DNA from: Chloroflexia bacterium
Lineage (GTDB): Bacteria; Chloroflexota; Chloroflexia; QHBQ01; JADMIH01
NCBI GenBank assembly: GCA_036388595.1
Contig: DASVRN010000100.1
Span: 11,524 to 75,523 of the forward strand
DNA: 64,000 nucleotides
Reading direction: 5' to 3'
In this document: piece after piece, positions 36,750 to 45,819 of the stretch
How positions within the stretch are numbered: the first letter of the stretch is position 1
Layout of the letters: every line of letters begins with the position of its first letter
Program-made: the position numbers and the translations under genes
Notes under the pieces: generated by a model
Databases searched by the model: none
What the model saw: the letters and a program-made list of their open reading frames with translations, nothing else
What the model was told of the DNA's origin: nothing

Positions 36750-37490
36750 CTAGATCAGCGCCTTGTTCCTGTAGGACTCCCACTCGCCGTTGGTGAAGCG
36801 GGCGACGTAGAATATGCGCTCCAGGTAGCGGGAGTGGGCCACCAGCACATCATCGCCTGCCTCCAATATGGCGTGGGAGGTGGGATCGACTCGGAAAATA
36901 CGCCTGGGAGGGGGCGTGTCGCTGTCCGCGGCGGCGCTTGCCGAAATGCGGTCCGCCGACAGGTAGCCGCCCGACTTGCCTCGCGCAGGTTCGCCCCCAC
37001 GTTCTGCCCCCCTGGAACGGTCGAGGTAGGCCGACGAACCTAGCGGTTGAAGGTTGGGAGCTTGGGCTGCCACTGCCAGGTCGGGGCCGGAGTAGCTGGG
37101 GAAGACGCCCAGCCATGTGCCGGTATTGCGCCCCCCTATCACGCGCTTGTCTGCTACGACGCCCCGTGTGTAATAGAGCGGCGTGAACAGATCACGCGTG
37201 CCTTTGATAACCGTCCAGCCGAAGTAAATGGTCCCTACCAGGCAGATCAGGCTACCCAGGCCGCACACTCCCAGCGTTACCAGGGAGCCTCGGGCATCGT
37301 TGTTGCTGACCCTGCCGAACTGCGTAACAGCAGCCAGTCCGGTGATCAGGGTGAGCAGACCAAGCACAACTAGCAGCAACACCGTCGCGGAGAGGGTGCC
37401 TAGCACCGGCGTGACATAGTTCACATGGGGCAGCCCTTTTTCGGCACCGCCTTTGATTTTTGGCTTCATGGAGCGTGCGCGCGTGCTCAT
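36750..37490 (-). CDS. hypothetical membrane protein (2 TM + ~120-aa soluble domain)
   Basis: 246-aa ORF with coding-like periodicity in a high-GC context. No recognisable family. Confidence 0.5.
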   Translation of the reverse strand: MSTRARSMKPKIKGGAEKGLPHVNYVTPVLGTLSATVLLLVVLGLLTLITGLAAVTQFGRVSNNDARGSLVTLGVCGLGSLICLVGTIYFGWTVIKGTRDLFTPLYYTRGVVADKRVIGGRNTGTWLGVFPSYSGPDLAVAAQAPNLQPLGSSAYLDRSRGAERGGEPARGKSGGYLSADRISASAAADSDTPPPRRIFRVDPTSHAILEAGDDVLVAHSRYLERIFYVARFTNGEWESYRNKALI

Positions 37491-37504
37491 AGGCTTGATT
37501 ATAG

Positions 37505-38010
37505 CAGAGTGGTTAGTGGTTAGTTGTTAGTTGTTAGTTGTTAGTTGTTAGTTGTTAGTTGTTAGTGCGGTTGGCCGTTCGGCATGTTCTAGCGGCTAAT
37601 AGTGATACATGCTTTGGAGCCGGAAGGTTCAAAGTGGAGAGCAGGCACATACAATACTGTATATCCTATTACTAACCCAGGGTACGAGCATCGTCGGCAG
37701 GAGAGAGGCAGAAAAGAGTAGACGCATTATATGTTATTGGGTCCATAGGAGACGCCCGTCGATTAAAATCGAGGGCTACACCTTGCGAAGTCTGCCACAG
37801 GGCAGACTGATTCATCTAGCAGCATCTATGAGAACTTAATGAGATGCTCCAGTCCCGCAGGGACTTTACAAAGTGTAGCCCTCGATTTCAATCGACGGGC
37901 GTCCCCTGCCGAGAAGGACCTCTCCCTACCACCAACCACCAACCACCAACCACCAACCACCAACCACCAACCACTAACCACTAACCACTAACCACTAACC
38001 ACTAACCACT
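37505..38010. repeat. large composite element: (TTAGTTG)n left arm, imperfect (CCAACCA)n(CTAACCA)n right arm, enclosing a 32-bp inverted repeat pair
   Basis: gttagttgttagttgttag... at 37511-37570 and accaaccacc...ctaaccactaaccactaacc at 37925-38010. Inner IR ggagacgcccgtcgattaaaatcgagggctacacc (37748-37782) / ggtgtagccctcgatttcaatcgacgggcgtcccc (37870-37904). Confidence 0.7.
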
Positions 38011-38017
38011 CCCCCCT

Positions 38018-38027
38018 GTGCTATAAT
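38018..38027 (+). promoter_or_regulatory. extended -10 promoter TGTGcTATAAT
   Basis: cccccctgTGcTATAATgtgcc lies immediately after the repeat arm. The implied TSS is ~38034, so the downstream gene start must be later than the track call 38028. Confidence 0.5.
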
Positions 38028-38072
38028 GTGCCAGCCTGGAACCGTGGGCCATACCATTCGCGGAGAGAATGC

Positions 38073-39305
38073 GTGCCACTTTACCTGAACATCAGCGTGG
38101 CGCTGGTCGTGTTCATGGGGCTTACGAGCGGCGGCATCCTGTCGCTGGTGCTCATGTCCGAGAGGCGACAACAGACGAACTTCGTCATAATGCTTGGCCT
38201 AACGCTGCTGCTGGCGCTTGGCGGGGGCGCGGGCATGATCGCCGTGCTGCCGAACGTCGCCTCCAGCCTCACCAACGTGCTCGTACTGCTGGTGCTCTCC
38301 ATGTCACTGGGCTACACGCTGACCAGCTTCTCGGTGCTCTCGCCCAGCAGAAAAAAGTGGGCCGTACAGGTGCCGGATAGCAACGCGCGCCCCGAGCGCA
38401 CCGCGGTAGTCCTCTTCATGCCCGGCGAACCGCCCGAATACTCCGTGTGGAGCGCGGCCCGGCGGCTGGAATTGGCCGACGACCCAAAGGACGTGCCGCC
38501 CATCCTGCTGCGCCCGTTCTACATGCGCGACTTGAAGCATAAGTACGCGAGTATAGGCAGCAGCCCCTACCGCCAGCACCAGCACAACCTGGCCGAGGAG
38601 ATACGTGGGCGGCTGGAGTCGGGCTACCGGGTGTACGAGGCGTACTACAGCGACCGGCCCACGCTGGCCGAGGCTGTCGTCACGGCGATAGGGGAAGGCG
38701 CCAGACACATCATCCTGGCCCACATCCGAGTAACCGACCCACCCGACCCCGTCATCCAGGGCGAGTTGCTGGAAGGGTTAGACCTGAACGACCTGGGCGT
38801 GAAGGTGACACAGGTGGGGCCGGTATGGGTATCCAGCTTGCTACCGCAGATATACGTGCGCCGGGTGATAGAAGCGGTCCCACAGGCAGATAGCGCGTCA
38901 GAGGACATGGGCCTGCTGCTGGTGGGCCGGGGGCACGGCACCGAAGGGGAGTCGGGCAGGGCCAGGCAGGAGCAAGAGGAGAGCTTCCAGCGCAAGGTGC
39001 GCCAGGCCCTGCTGCGGGTAGGCTTCGGGGAGAACCGCGTAGCAATAGGCTGGGTGCGTCGTTCGCCCAACTGCGCCGAGGCCCTGCAAACGCTGGTCGA
39101 GGCGGGTTGCAAGACCGTCTATGTAATACCCTCTGCCTTCGTAGCCGACGGCATCACCACCCTGTTCGACATCCCCGCGCAGGTCCAGTCTCTCGCGGCC
39201 GAGCGAGGGGTGAAACTCAACTTTCTACCGGCCTGGAACGCCGACAGCCTAGCCGCCGAGGAAATAGCCGTATACGTCAGGGCCGTAAGCGCGCCACCGT
39301 TATAG
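38073..39305 (+). CDS. CbiX/SirB-like (sirohydrochlorin chelatase fold, tandem) protein with N-terminal 3-TM anchor
   Basis: GTG 38073 preceded by GGAGAG. TM region, then two chelatase-like halves (AVVLFMPGEPPEYS...ARHIILAHI; LLLVGRGHGTEGESGRA...VYVIPSAFVADGITTLFDIP). Confidence 0.5.
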   Translation: MPLYLNISVALVVFMGLTSGGILSLVLMSERRQQTNFVIMLGLTLLLALGGGAGMIAVLPNVASSLTNVLVLLVLSMSLGYTLTSFSVLSPSRKKWAVQVPDSNARPERTAVVLFMPGEPPEYSVWSAARRLELADDPKDVPPILLRPFYMRDLKHKYASIGSSPYRQHQHNLAEEIRGRLESGYRVYEAYYSDRPTLAEAVVTAIGEGARHIILAHIRVTDPPDPVIQGELLEGLDLNDLGVKVTQVGPVWVSSLLPQIYVRRVIEAVPQADSASEDMGLLLVGRGHGTEGESGRARQEQEESFQRKVRQALLRVGFGENRVAIGWVRRSPNCAEALQTLVEAGCKTVYVIPSAFVADGITTLFDIPAQVQSLAAERGVKLNFLPAWNADSLAAEEIAVYVRAVSAPPL

Positions 39306-39394
39306 GGATTTGGGAATTGGGATTTCGGATTGCGGATTTGTTGGACACCTACTAAGTCCTAAATCCGAAATCCGAAATCCCAATTCCCAAATCG
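39304..39394. repeat. hairpin element gggatttgggaattgggatttcggattgcggatttg ... aaatccgaaatccgaaatcccaattcccaaatc
   Basis: Arms are reverse-complementary around ttggacacctactaagtcct. Same family as 26757. Confidence 0.75.
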
Positions 39395-39436
39395 GTTATA
39401 ATGTGCTGATTTGGCATGTGGGAGAGTAGTGAGAGC

Positions 39437-40857
39437 ATGGCGAACGCGGGTGGAATGAGCAATATGGAGCGGTGGCTCCCCAGCGGCTACGGCTTCCGGC
39501 GATGGGCGCTGGTGTTCGCCGCCGGGGTAGCGATAGTGGGGCTTGCGCTCTCGATGGGCATAACCAACCTGTATCGCGCCTACGTGCTGCCCCAGAGTGG
39601 CACCCCTTTTATGTACGCGGCCACATTGCAGTTCATCCCGCACCCCTGGCGCGAGGTCCTGGTAGGTCTGGTCGGCCTGGCCGTGGGTATACTGGGGGCC
39701 AGGGGCATGTATCGCGCCGCCGAGAGGGCCGCCGCCAGGGGCAGGCAGTACGAAGTGCCGATGCTCGCGCCGCTCAGGGCCGCCCGGCGAGCTGAAGGGC
39801 CGCGCATCGTCGCTGTCGGGGGTGGCACCGGCATGCCCACCCTGCTGCGCGGCCTCAAGGGGGTCACCGACAATATCGCGGCGGTCGTGAACGTGGTGGA
39901 CGACGGTGGCTCATCGGGCAGGCTGCGCCGCGATATGGGCGTGCTCCCTCCCGGCGACTTCCGCAACAACCTCGTGGCGCTCTCCGAGTCCGAGCCGCTG
40001 CTTTCCGAGCTTTTCCAGCACCGATTCACGGGGCCGGGAGAGCTTGAGGGGCACTCGTTCGGCAACATCTTCCTGGTCGCCATGAACGAGATTACGGGCA
40101 ACTTCGAGCAGGCTATACGCGAGTGCTCCCAGGTGCTCAACGTGCGCGGCAAGGTGCTGCCCTCCTCCCTCACCAACATAGAGCTTTACGCCGAGTTGCA
40201 GAACGGGCAGGTGGTGCAGGGCGAGTCGGTCATACCGCGCGCCCCTTCGCCCATCAAGCGGATATTCATGCAGCCCGCTCACGCGCCCGGCTACCCTGAA
40301 GCCATTGCGGAGATACTGGGCGCCGAGTTGATAGTGCTGGGGCCGGGTTCTCTCTATACCAGTATTATGCCCCCCCTGCTGGTGGAAGATATAGCCAAGG
40401 CGGTCAAGAACAACAAGTCGGCGGTGAAAGTCTACGTGTGCAACGTCGCCACGCAGCCGGGCGAGACGGACGGCTACGGGGTGGTGGAGCACGTGCGGTC
40501 GCTGCACAACCATATCGGGCCGGGCCTCTTCGATTACGTCATTTACAACGCCAACCAGGCCGTGCAGGACCAGATACAGCCGGAGTGGGGCGTCACACCC
40601 GTCACGCTGGACGTGGAGGCCGCCGCCCGCTTCCCCAACCTTGAGTTCGTGCCCGCCGACGTGGTGCGCGAGGATAACCCCCTACGACACGACCATCACA
40701 AGCTGGCCGACGCCGTCATGCGCCTGTACGAGAACCGGGGCGGAAGGGGCGCTCCTGGTCGGGTGCGCAACCGCGACCGCGCAAGCATACCCTCACGCAA
40801 CGGCACAGGACATGCGGAGATTAGCGAGAGGGAGAAGTTAGAGACCGGGGTTGAAAC

Positions 40858-40861
<4 letters not shown>
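39437..40861 (+). CDS. YvcK/CofD-family (gluconeogenesis factor-like) protein with N-terminal TM extension
   Basis: RIVAVGGGTGMPTLLRGLKGVTDNIAAVVNVVDDGGSSGRLRRD is the UPF0052/YvcK signature. Preceded by about 100 aa with 2-3 TM helices. Start placed at MANAGG (39437) because a TATAAT at 39397-39402 precludes 39416. Confidence 0.8.
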
Positions 40862-42002
<1,141 letters not shown>

Positions 42003-42005
<3 letters not shown>

Positions 42006-42090
42006 AGAGTGGTTAGTGGTTAGTGGTTAGTGGATAGAAGCTCTTTGCTAACCACTAACCACTAACCACTAACCACTAACCACTAACCAC
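42003..42090. repeat. heptamer-arm hairpin: (GTGGTTA)n ... (TAACCAC)n
   Basis: gtggttagtggttagtggttagtgg at 42008-42033 and ctaaccactaaccactaaccactaaccactaaccac at 42048-42085. Same unit as the right arm at 37981-38010. Confidence 0.8.
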
Positions 42091-42111
42091 TCATAACTTA
42101 AAGAGGTAGGC

Positions 42112-43326
42112 ATGGCAAAGCTGACGGTCCGGGATGTAGATGTCGCCGGTAGAAAAGTGCTGGTGCGAGTGGACTTCAACGTGCCCCTGGACGCAGGGGG
42201 GCAGATCACGGACGACACGCGCATCGTGGCATCGCTGCCGACCATCCAGTACCTGCTGGAGAACGGGGCGGCGGTGATTCTCATGTCGCACCTGGGCAGG
42301 CCCAAGGACGGACCGGACCCGAAATTCAGTCTCGCGCCCACGGCGGCCAGGCTGCAAGAGCTTTTGGGCAGTAATAGCACAGTCAGGTTCGCCGGGGACT
42401 GCGTGGGCGACGAGGTGAAGCATGCGGCGCGCGACCTGCAACCGGGCGAAATCCTGCTGCTGGAGAATGTGCGCTTCCACAAGGAAGAGGAAGCCAACGA
42501 CGCCGATTTTGCCGGGCGGCTTGCGAGCATAGCCGACCTGTACGTGAACGATGCGTTCGGCTCGGCCCACCGCGCGCACGCCTCTACCGAGGGAGTGGCC
42601 CACATTCTGCCCGCGTACTCGGGCCTGCTGATGGAACGCGAGATAAGCATCATGGGCAAGGCGCTGGAGGACCCGGAGCGACCCTTCGTGGCGATCCTGG
42701 GCGGGGCCAAGGTGTCGGACAAGATGGGGGTGATAGGCAACCTGCTGAACAAGGTAGATGTGCTGGTAATCGGCGGAGGCATGGCTAATACGTTCCTCAA
42801 GGCGATAGGCATACCCATCGGGCAGTCGCTGGTCGAGAACGACCGCGTGAGGGATGCCGAGGCGCTGAACGGGCGGGCCAACCTGCAAAACGTGCGCCTG
42901 ATGCTGCCCAGGGACGCCGTAATCGCCAGCGAGGTGAGCGCCACCGCTATGCCGAGCACGGTGGACCTGCACAACCTGCCGCCTGACATCGACCAGCAAG
43001 GCTGGCGCATCCTCGACATCGGACCTGAGACGGCGGCTGAGTACGCTGCGGTCATACGTGAAGCCAGGACCGTTGTGTGGAACGGGCCGATGGGCGTGTT
43101 CGAGATCCCGGCCTTCGCGGCGGGCACGCTGGCGGTGGCGCAGGCCGTGTGCGACGCCACCCGCGAAGGCGCTACCAGCATCGTGGGCGGCGGCGACTCG
43201 GTGGCGGCCATCGAGCAGATGGGCTTGGCCGACTGCATCACCCACGTATCCACGGGGGGAGGCGCGTCGCTGGAGTTCCTGGAAGGCCAGACGCTGCCCG
43301 GCGTGGCGGCCCTGCGGGATGCGTAA
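42112..43326 (+). CDS. pgk: phosphoglycerate kinase
   Basis: 404 aa, FNVPLD, ...[11 protein letters not shown]..., GGGASLE. Confidence 0.95.
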   Translation: MAKLTVRDVDVAGRKVLVRVDFNVPLDAGGQITDDTRIVASLPTIQYLLENGAAVILMSHLGRPKDGPDPKFSLAPTAARLQELLGSNSTVRFAGDCVGDEVKHAARDLQPGEILLLENVRFHKEEEANDADFAGRLASIADLYVNDAFGSAHRAHASTEGVAHILPAYSGLLMEREISIMGKALEDPERPFVAILGGAKVSDKMGVIGNLLNKVDVLVIGGGMANTFLKAIGIPIGQSLVENDRVRDAEALNGRANLQNVRLMLPRDAVIASEVSATAMPSTVDLHNLPPDIDQQGWRILDIGPETAAEYAAVIREARTVVWNGPMGVFEIPAFAAGTLAVAQAVCDATREGATSIVGGGDSVAAIEQMGLADCITHVSTGGGASLEFLEGQTLPGVAALRDA

Positions 43327-43352
43327 CAAGGCCGCGTTTCTGAAATGTAACC

Positions 43353-43396
43353 CCAATCGGTTATAATTGTGAGGGCGTCATGGTACGCCCTCACAA
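43353..43396 (+). promoter_or_regulatory. TATAAT -10 box (aatcggttataat) fused to a perfect 11-bp inverted repeat
   Basis: aatcggTTATAATtgtgagggcgtcatggtacgccctcacaat. The same aatcggttataat 13-mer occurs at 39390-39402. Confidence 0.45.
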
Positions 43397-43435
43397 TGCA
43401 TTGTCAAGTGAATATAGGAGAGGCTCACATCATTC

Positions 43436-44275
43436 ATGAATAAAGAAGCGAACCCACGTCCCACCGGCACCCCGACCCGCCCTACCGGCAACTCCACCGG
43501 GAGCCCTACCCGACCTACAGGAGCGGGTGCGAACACCAAGCAGGCCGCGTCCAACCGTCCCGGAGGTACCGTACGCACCGGCTCCACAGGCTCCCAGAAC
43601 CGCAACTCCAGCGGGACCGCACGCAGGCAGCCGCCGAAACAGCAATCCATTGGACTCAAGCCCTTAGACATCGGCCTGCTGGTGCTCGGCGTGGCGGTTG
43701 TGGTGGGCGTGATATTCTGGGTGCTGGCAGGCCAGAACACGTCGCCTACCCTCACGACCGGCACCGGCACGCAGCAGCAAAATCCCGGCCAGATCGACCC
43801 GGCGAACCCGCCCAAGCTGGCCGAGGGCAGCCCCGCGCCCGACTTTACCCTGCCCGGCGTTGACGGTCAGACCTACAAGCTGAGCGACTATAGGGGCAAG
43901 GTGGTGCTGCTTGAGTTCATGGCCCCCTGGTGCCCGCATTGCCAGGCAGACGCGCCAATATTCAACCAGGTCGCTCAGAACTTCCAGGGGCAGGACGTAC
44001 AGGTGCTGGCGGTGAGCGCGACAACCGAGAACAAGGACCGCAACGGCCCCATCAGCATGACCGACATGACGTGGTTCCGCGACCAGTTCGGCGTAACCCA
44101 CCCGCTGCTGTTCGACCAGTCGGTTGCCGCCGCCCAGGCTTACCAGGTCTACTACTACCCTACGGTGTACATAGTGGACAAGGAAGGCAAGATCGCCAAG
44201 TTCGTCCTGAGCGAGCAGGGCAATCCCCTCACGGTAGAGCGCCTGACCAACGAGATCAACAGCGTCCTTCAGTAA
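43436..44275 (+). CDS. TlpA/ResA-like thiol:disulfide oxidoreductase (membrane-anchored)
   Basis: Pro/Thr-rich N-terminus, one TM helix, then FTLPGVDGQTYKLSDYRGKVVLLEFMAPWCPHCQ (CxxC thioredoxin fold). Confidence 0.8.
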   Translation: MNKEANPRPTGTPTRPTGNSTGSPTRPTGAGANTKQAASNRPGGTVRTGSTGSQNRNSSGTARRQPPKQQSIGLKPLDIGLLVLGVAVVVGVIFWVLAGQNTSPTLTTGTGTQQQNPGQIDPANPPKLAEGSPAPDFTLPGVDGQTYKLSDYRGKVVLLEFMAPWCPHCQADAPIFNQVAQNFQGQDVQVLAVSATTENKDRNGPISMTDMTWFRDQFGVTHPLLFDQSVAAAQAYQVYYYPTVYIVDKEGKIAKFVLSEQGNPLTVERLTNEINSVLQ

Positions 44276-44342
44276 GTTATGAGTTGTGAGTTATGAGTGT
44301 TGAGTTAGCCTGCTACGGCTGATTCAGCACTCATAACTTTAG
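44275..44342. repeat. imperfect hairpin: gttatgagttgtgagttatgagtgttgag ... cagcactcataac
   Basis: Decamer-like gttatgagt(t/g) repeats with a partial complementary arm. Confidence 0.5.
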
Positions 44343-44356
44343 GAAGGCGGAAAAGA

Positions 44357-45055
44357 GTGGAAGACGCGACGCAACTCAAGACTGAAAGCACAACGTACAG
44401 GACGCTGCGGTATCTCACGCTCGTGTCGCGGTTGGTGCTGGGGGTGATATTCGCGCTTGCGGGGCTGGCTAAGCTGGGCCTGCCGTTCGCCATGGCCGAG
44501 AGCATCAGGGCTTACGAGATGGGTCTGCCGCCATTCATGGTAGACTTCATGGCTAACGTGCTGCCGCCCGTCGAGTTGGGCGTGGGCATATGGCTGCTCA
44601 TGGGCCTGTTCACACGCTTTTCGGCGGGTATAACGGCGGCGCTCATGGTGGTGTTCACCATCGCGGTGACGCAGGCGTGGGTACGGGGGCTGGACATCAA
44701 CTGCGGGTGCTTCGGAGGGCCGATGGGCGCGGACGCTTCCACCACCCCGGCGGCGCGGGCCATCATCGGCGCGATGGGTCCGGTGGGCGTGTTCCTCACC
44801 AACGAGAAGGCCGACCTGATGACAATTGGGCGCGACCTGGTCTTCTTACTTATGTCAATTCACCTGATACTCGTACCCAGCGTCTTCTCGATTGACCAGT
44901 TGCGGCAGTCGCGGCGGCAGCCTACGTACGAGGAAGATACCTACTACGACGAGGACGAAGCGTATGAGAAGGCCGATGATAGCCGGGAACTGGAAGATGA
45001 ACACCGACCCGGACAGCGCGTTCGAGTTGATGGACTCGATGCTGGAAGACCTTGA
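44357..45055 (+). CDS. DoxX/MauE-family membrane protein
   Basis: 4 TM helices, ...LDINCGCFGG... (MauE-type CGCFG). The acidic C-terminal tail overlaps the tpiA start by 92 nt. Confidence 0.65.
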   Translation: MEDATQLKTESTTYRTLRYLTLVSRLVLGVIFALAGLAKLGLPFAMAESIRAYEMGLPPFMVDFMANVLPPVELGVGIWLLMGLFTRFSAGITAALMVVFTIAVTQAWVRGLDINCGCFGGPMGADASTTPAARAIIGAMGPVGVFLTNEKADLMTIGRDLVFLLMSIHLILVPSVFSIDQLRQSRRQPTYEEDTYYDEDEAYEKADDSRELEDEHRPGQRVRVDGLDAGRP

Positions 45056-45725
45056 CGCCTTTTCCGATATCGACATAGTCATCTGCCCGCCATTCGTCTC
45101 GATAGAGACATTCGCGGACCTATTCGACGGCACGAGCCTCTACCTGGGCGCGCAGAACATGCACTGGGAGGAGCGCGGTGCCTTCACGGGCGAAATCTCG
45201 CCGCTGATGCTCCAGAACAGGTGTGACTACGTAATCCTGGGGCACTCGGAGCGTCGCCAGTACTTCCATGAGACCGACGAGGACGTGCAACGTAAGGTGA
45301 TAGCTGCCCTTCGCCACGACCTGCGGCCCATCGTGTGCGTGGGCGAGAGCCTGGCCGAGTACGAGGCGGGCGACACCTGGCACACGGTAAGCAGGCAGGT
45401 GGGCCTGGCGCTTGGCGGGCTGGACATGCAGCAGGTGGTGATCGCCTACGAGCCGGTATGGGCCATAGGCACGGGCAGGGCGGCCACCCCGGAGATCGCC
45501 AACGAGGTGATAGCCCAGATCCGCGAGAAGGTGCGCAACATGCATGGCGACGAGATAGCCGACGACACCCGCATCCTGTACGGCGGCAGCGTCAACGCCA
45601 ACAACATAGCAGAGTTCGTGTCGATGCCGGAGATAGACGGCGCGCTGGTGGGCGGGGCCTCGCTGGACGCGGAGCAGTTTGTGCGGATTGTGGCGGTGAC
45701 GAACGAGGCGAGAAATAGGATGTAG
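44964..45725 (+). CDS. tpiA: triosephosphate isomerase
   Basis: MRRPMIAGNWKMN and ...AYEPVWAIGTG.... Start at Met25 of the track ORF. Confidence 0.9.
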   Translation: MRRPMIAGNWKMNTDPDSAFELMDSMLEDLDAFSDIDIVICPPFVSIETFADLFDGTSLYLGAQNMHWEERGAFTGEISPLMLQNRCDYVILGHSERRQYFHETDEDVQRKVIAALRHDLRPIVCVGESLAEYEAGDTWHTVSRQVGLALGGLDMQQVVIAYEPVWAIGTGRAATPEIANEVIAQIREKVRNMHGDEIADDTRILYGGSVNANNIAEFVSMPEIDGALVGGASLDAEQFVRIVAVTNEARNRM

Positions 45726-45819
45726 GGAGAAGAGGAGAATGGATAGCTTACCGAGCGGGAGTGCTCGGCAGGGGCACCGCCTCTTTGTTAGTACCTGAAC
45801 GCTGCGGAAACGATCTTTC

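Noticed and set aside
42069-43394. 441- and 421-aa minus-strand ORFs antisense to pgk
   Set aside because: pgk on the plus strand is unambiguous. The long antisense ORFs arise from codon-position-3 GC bias.
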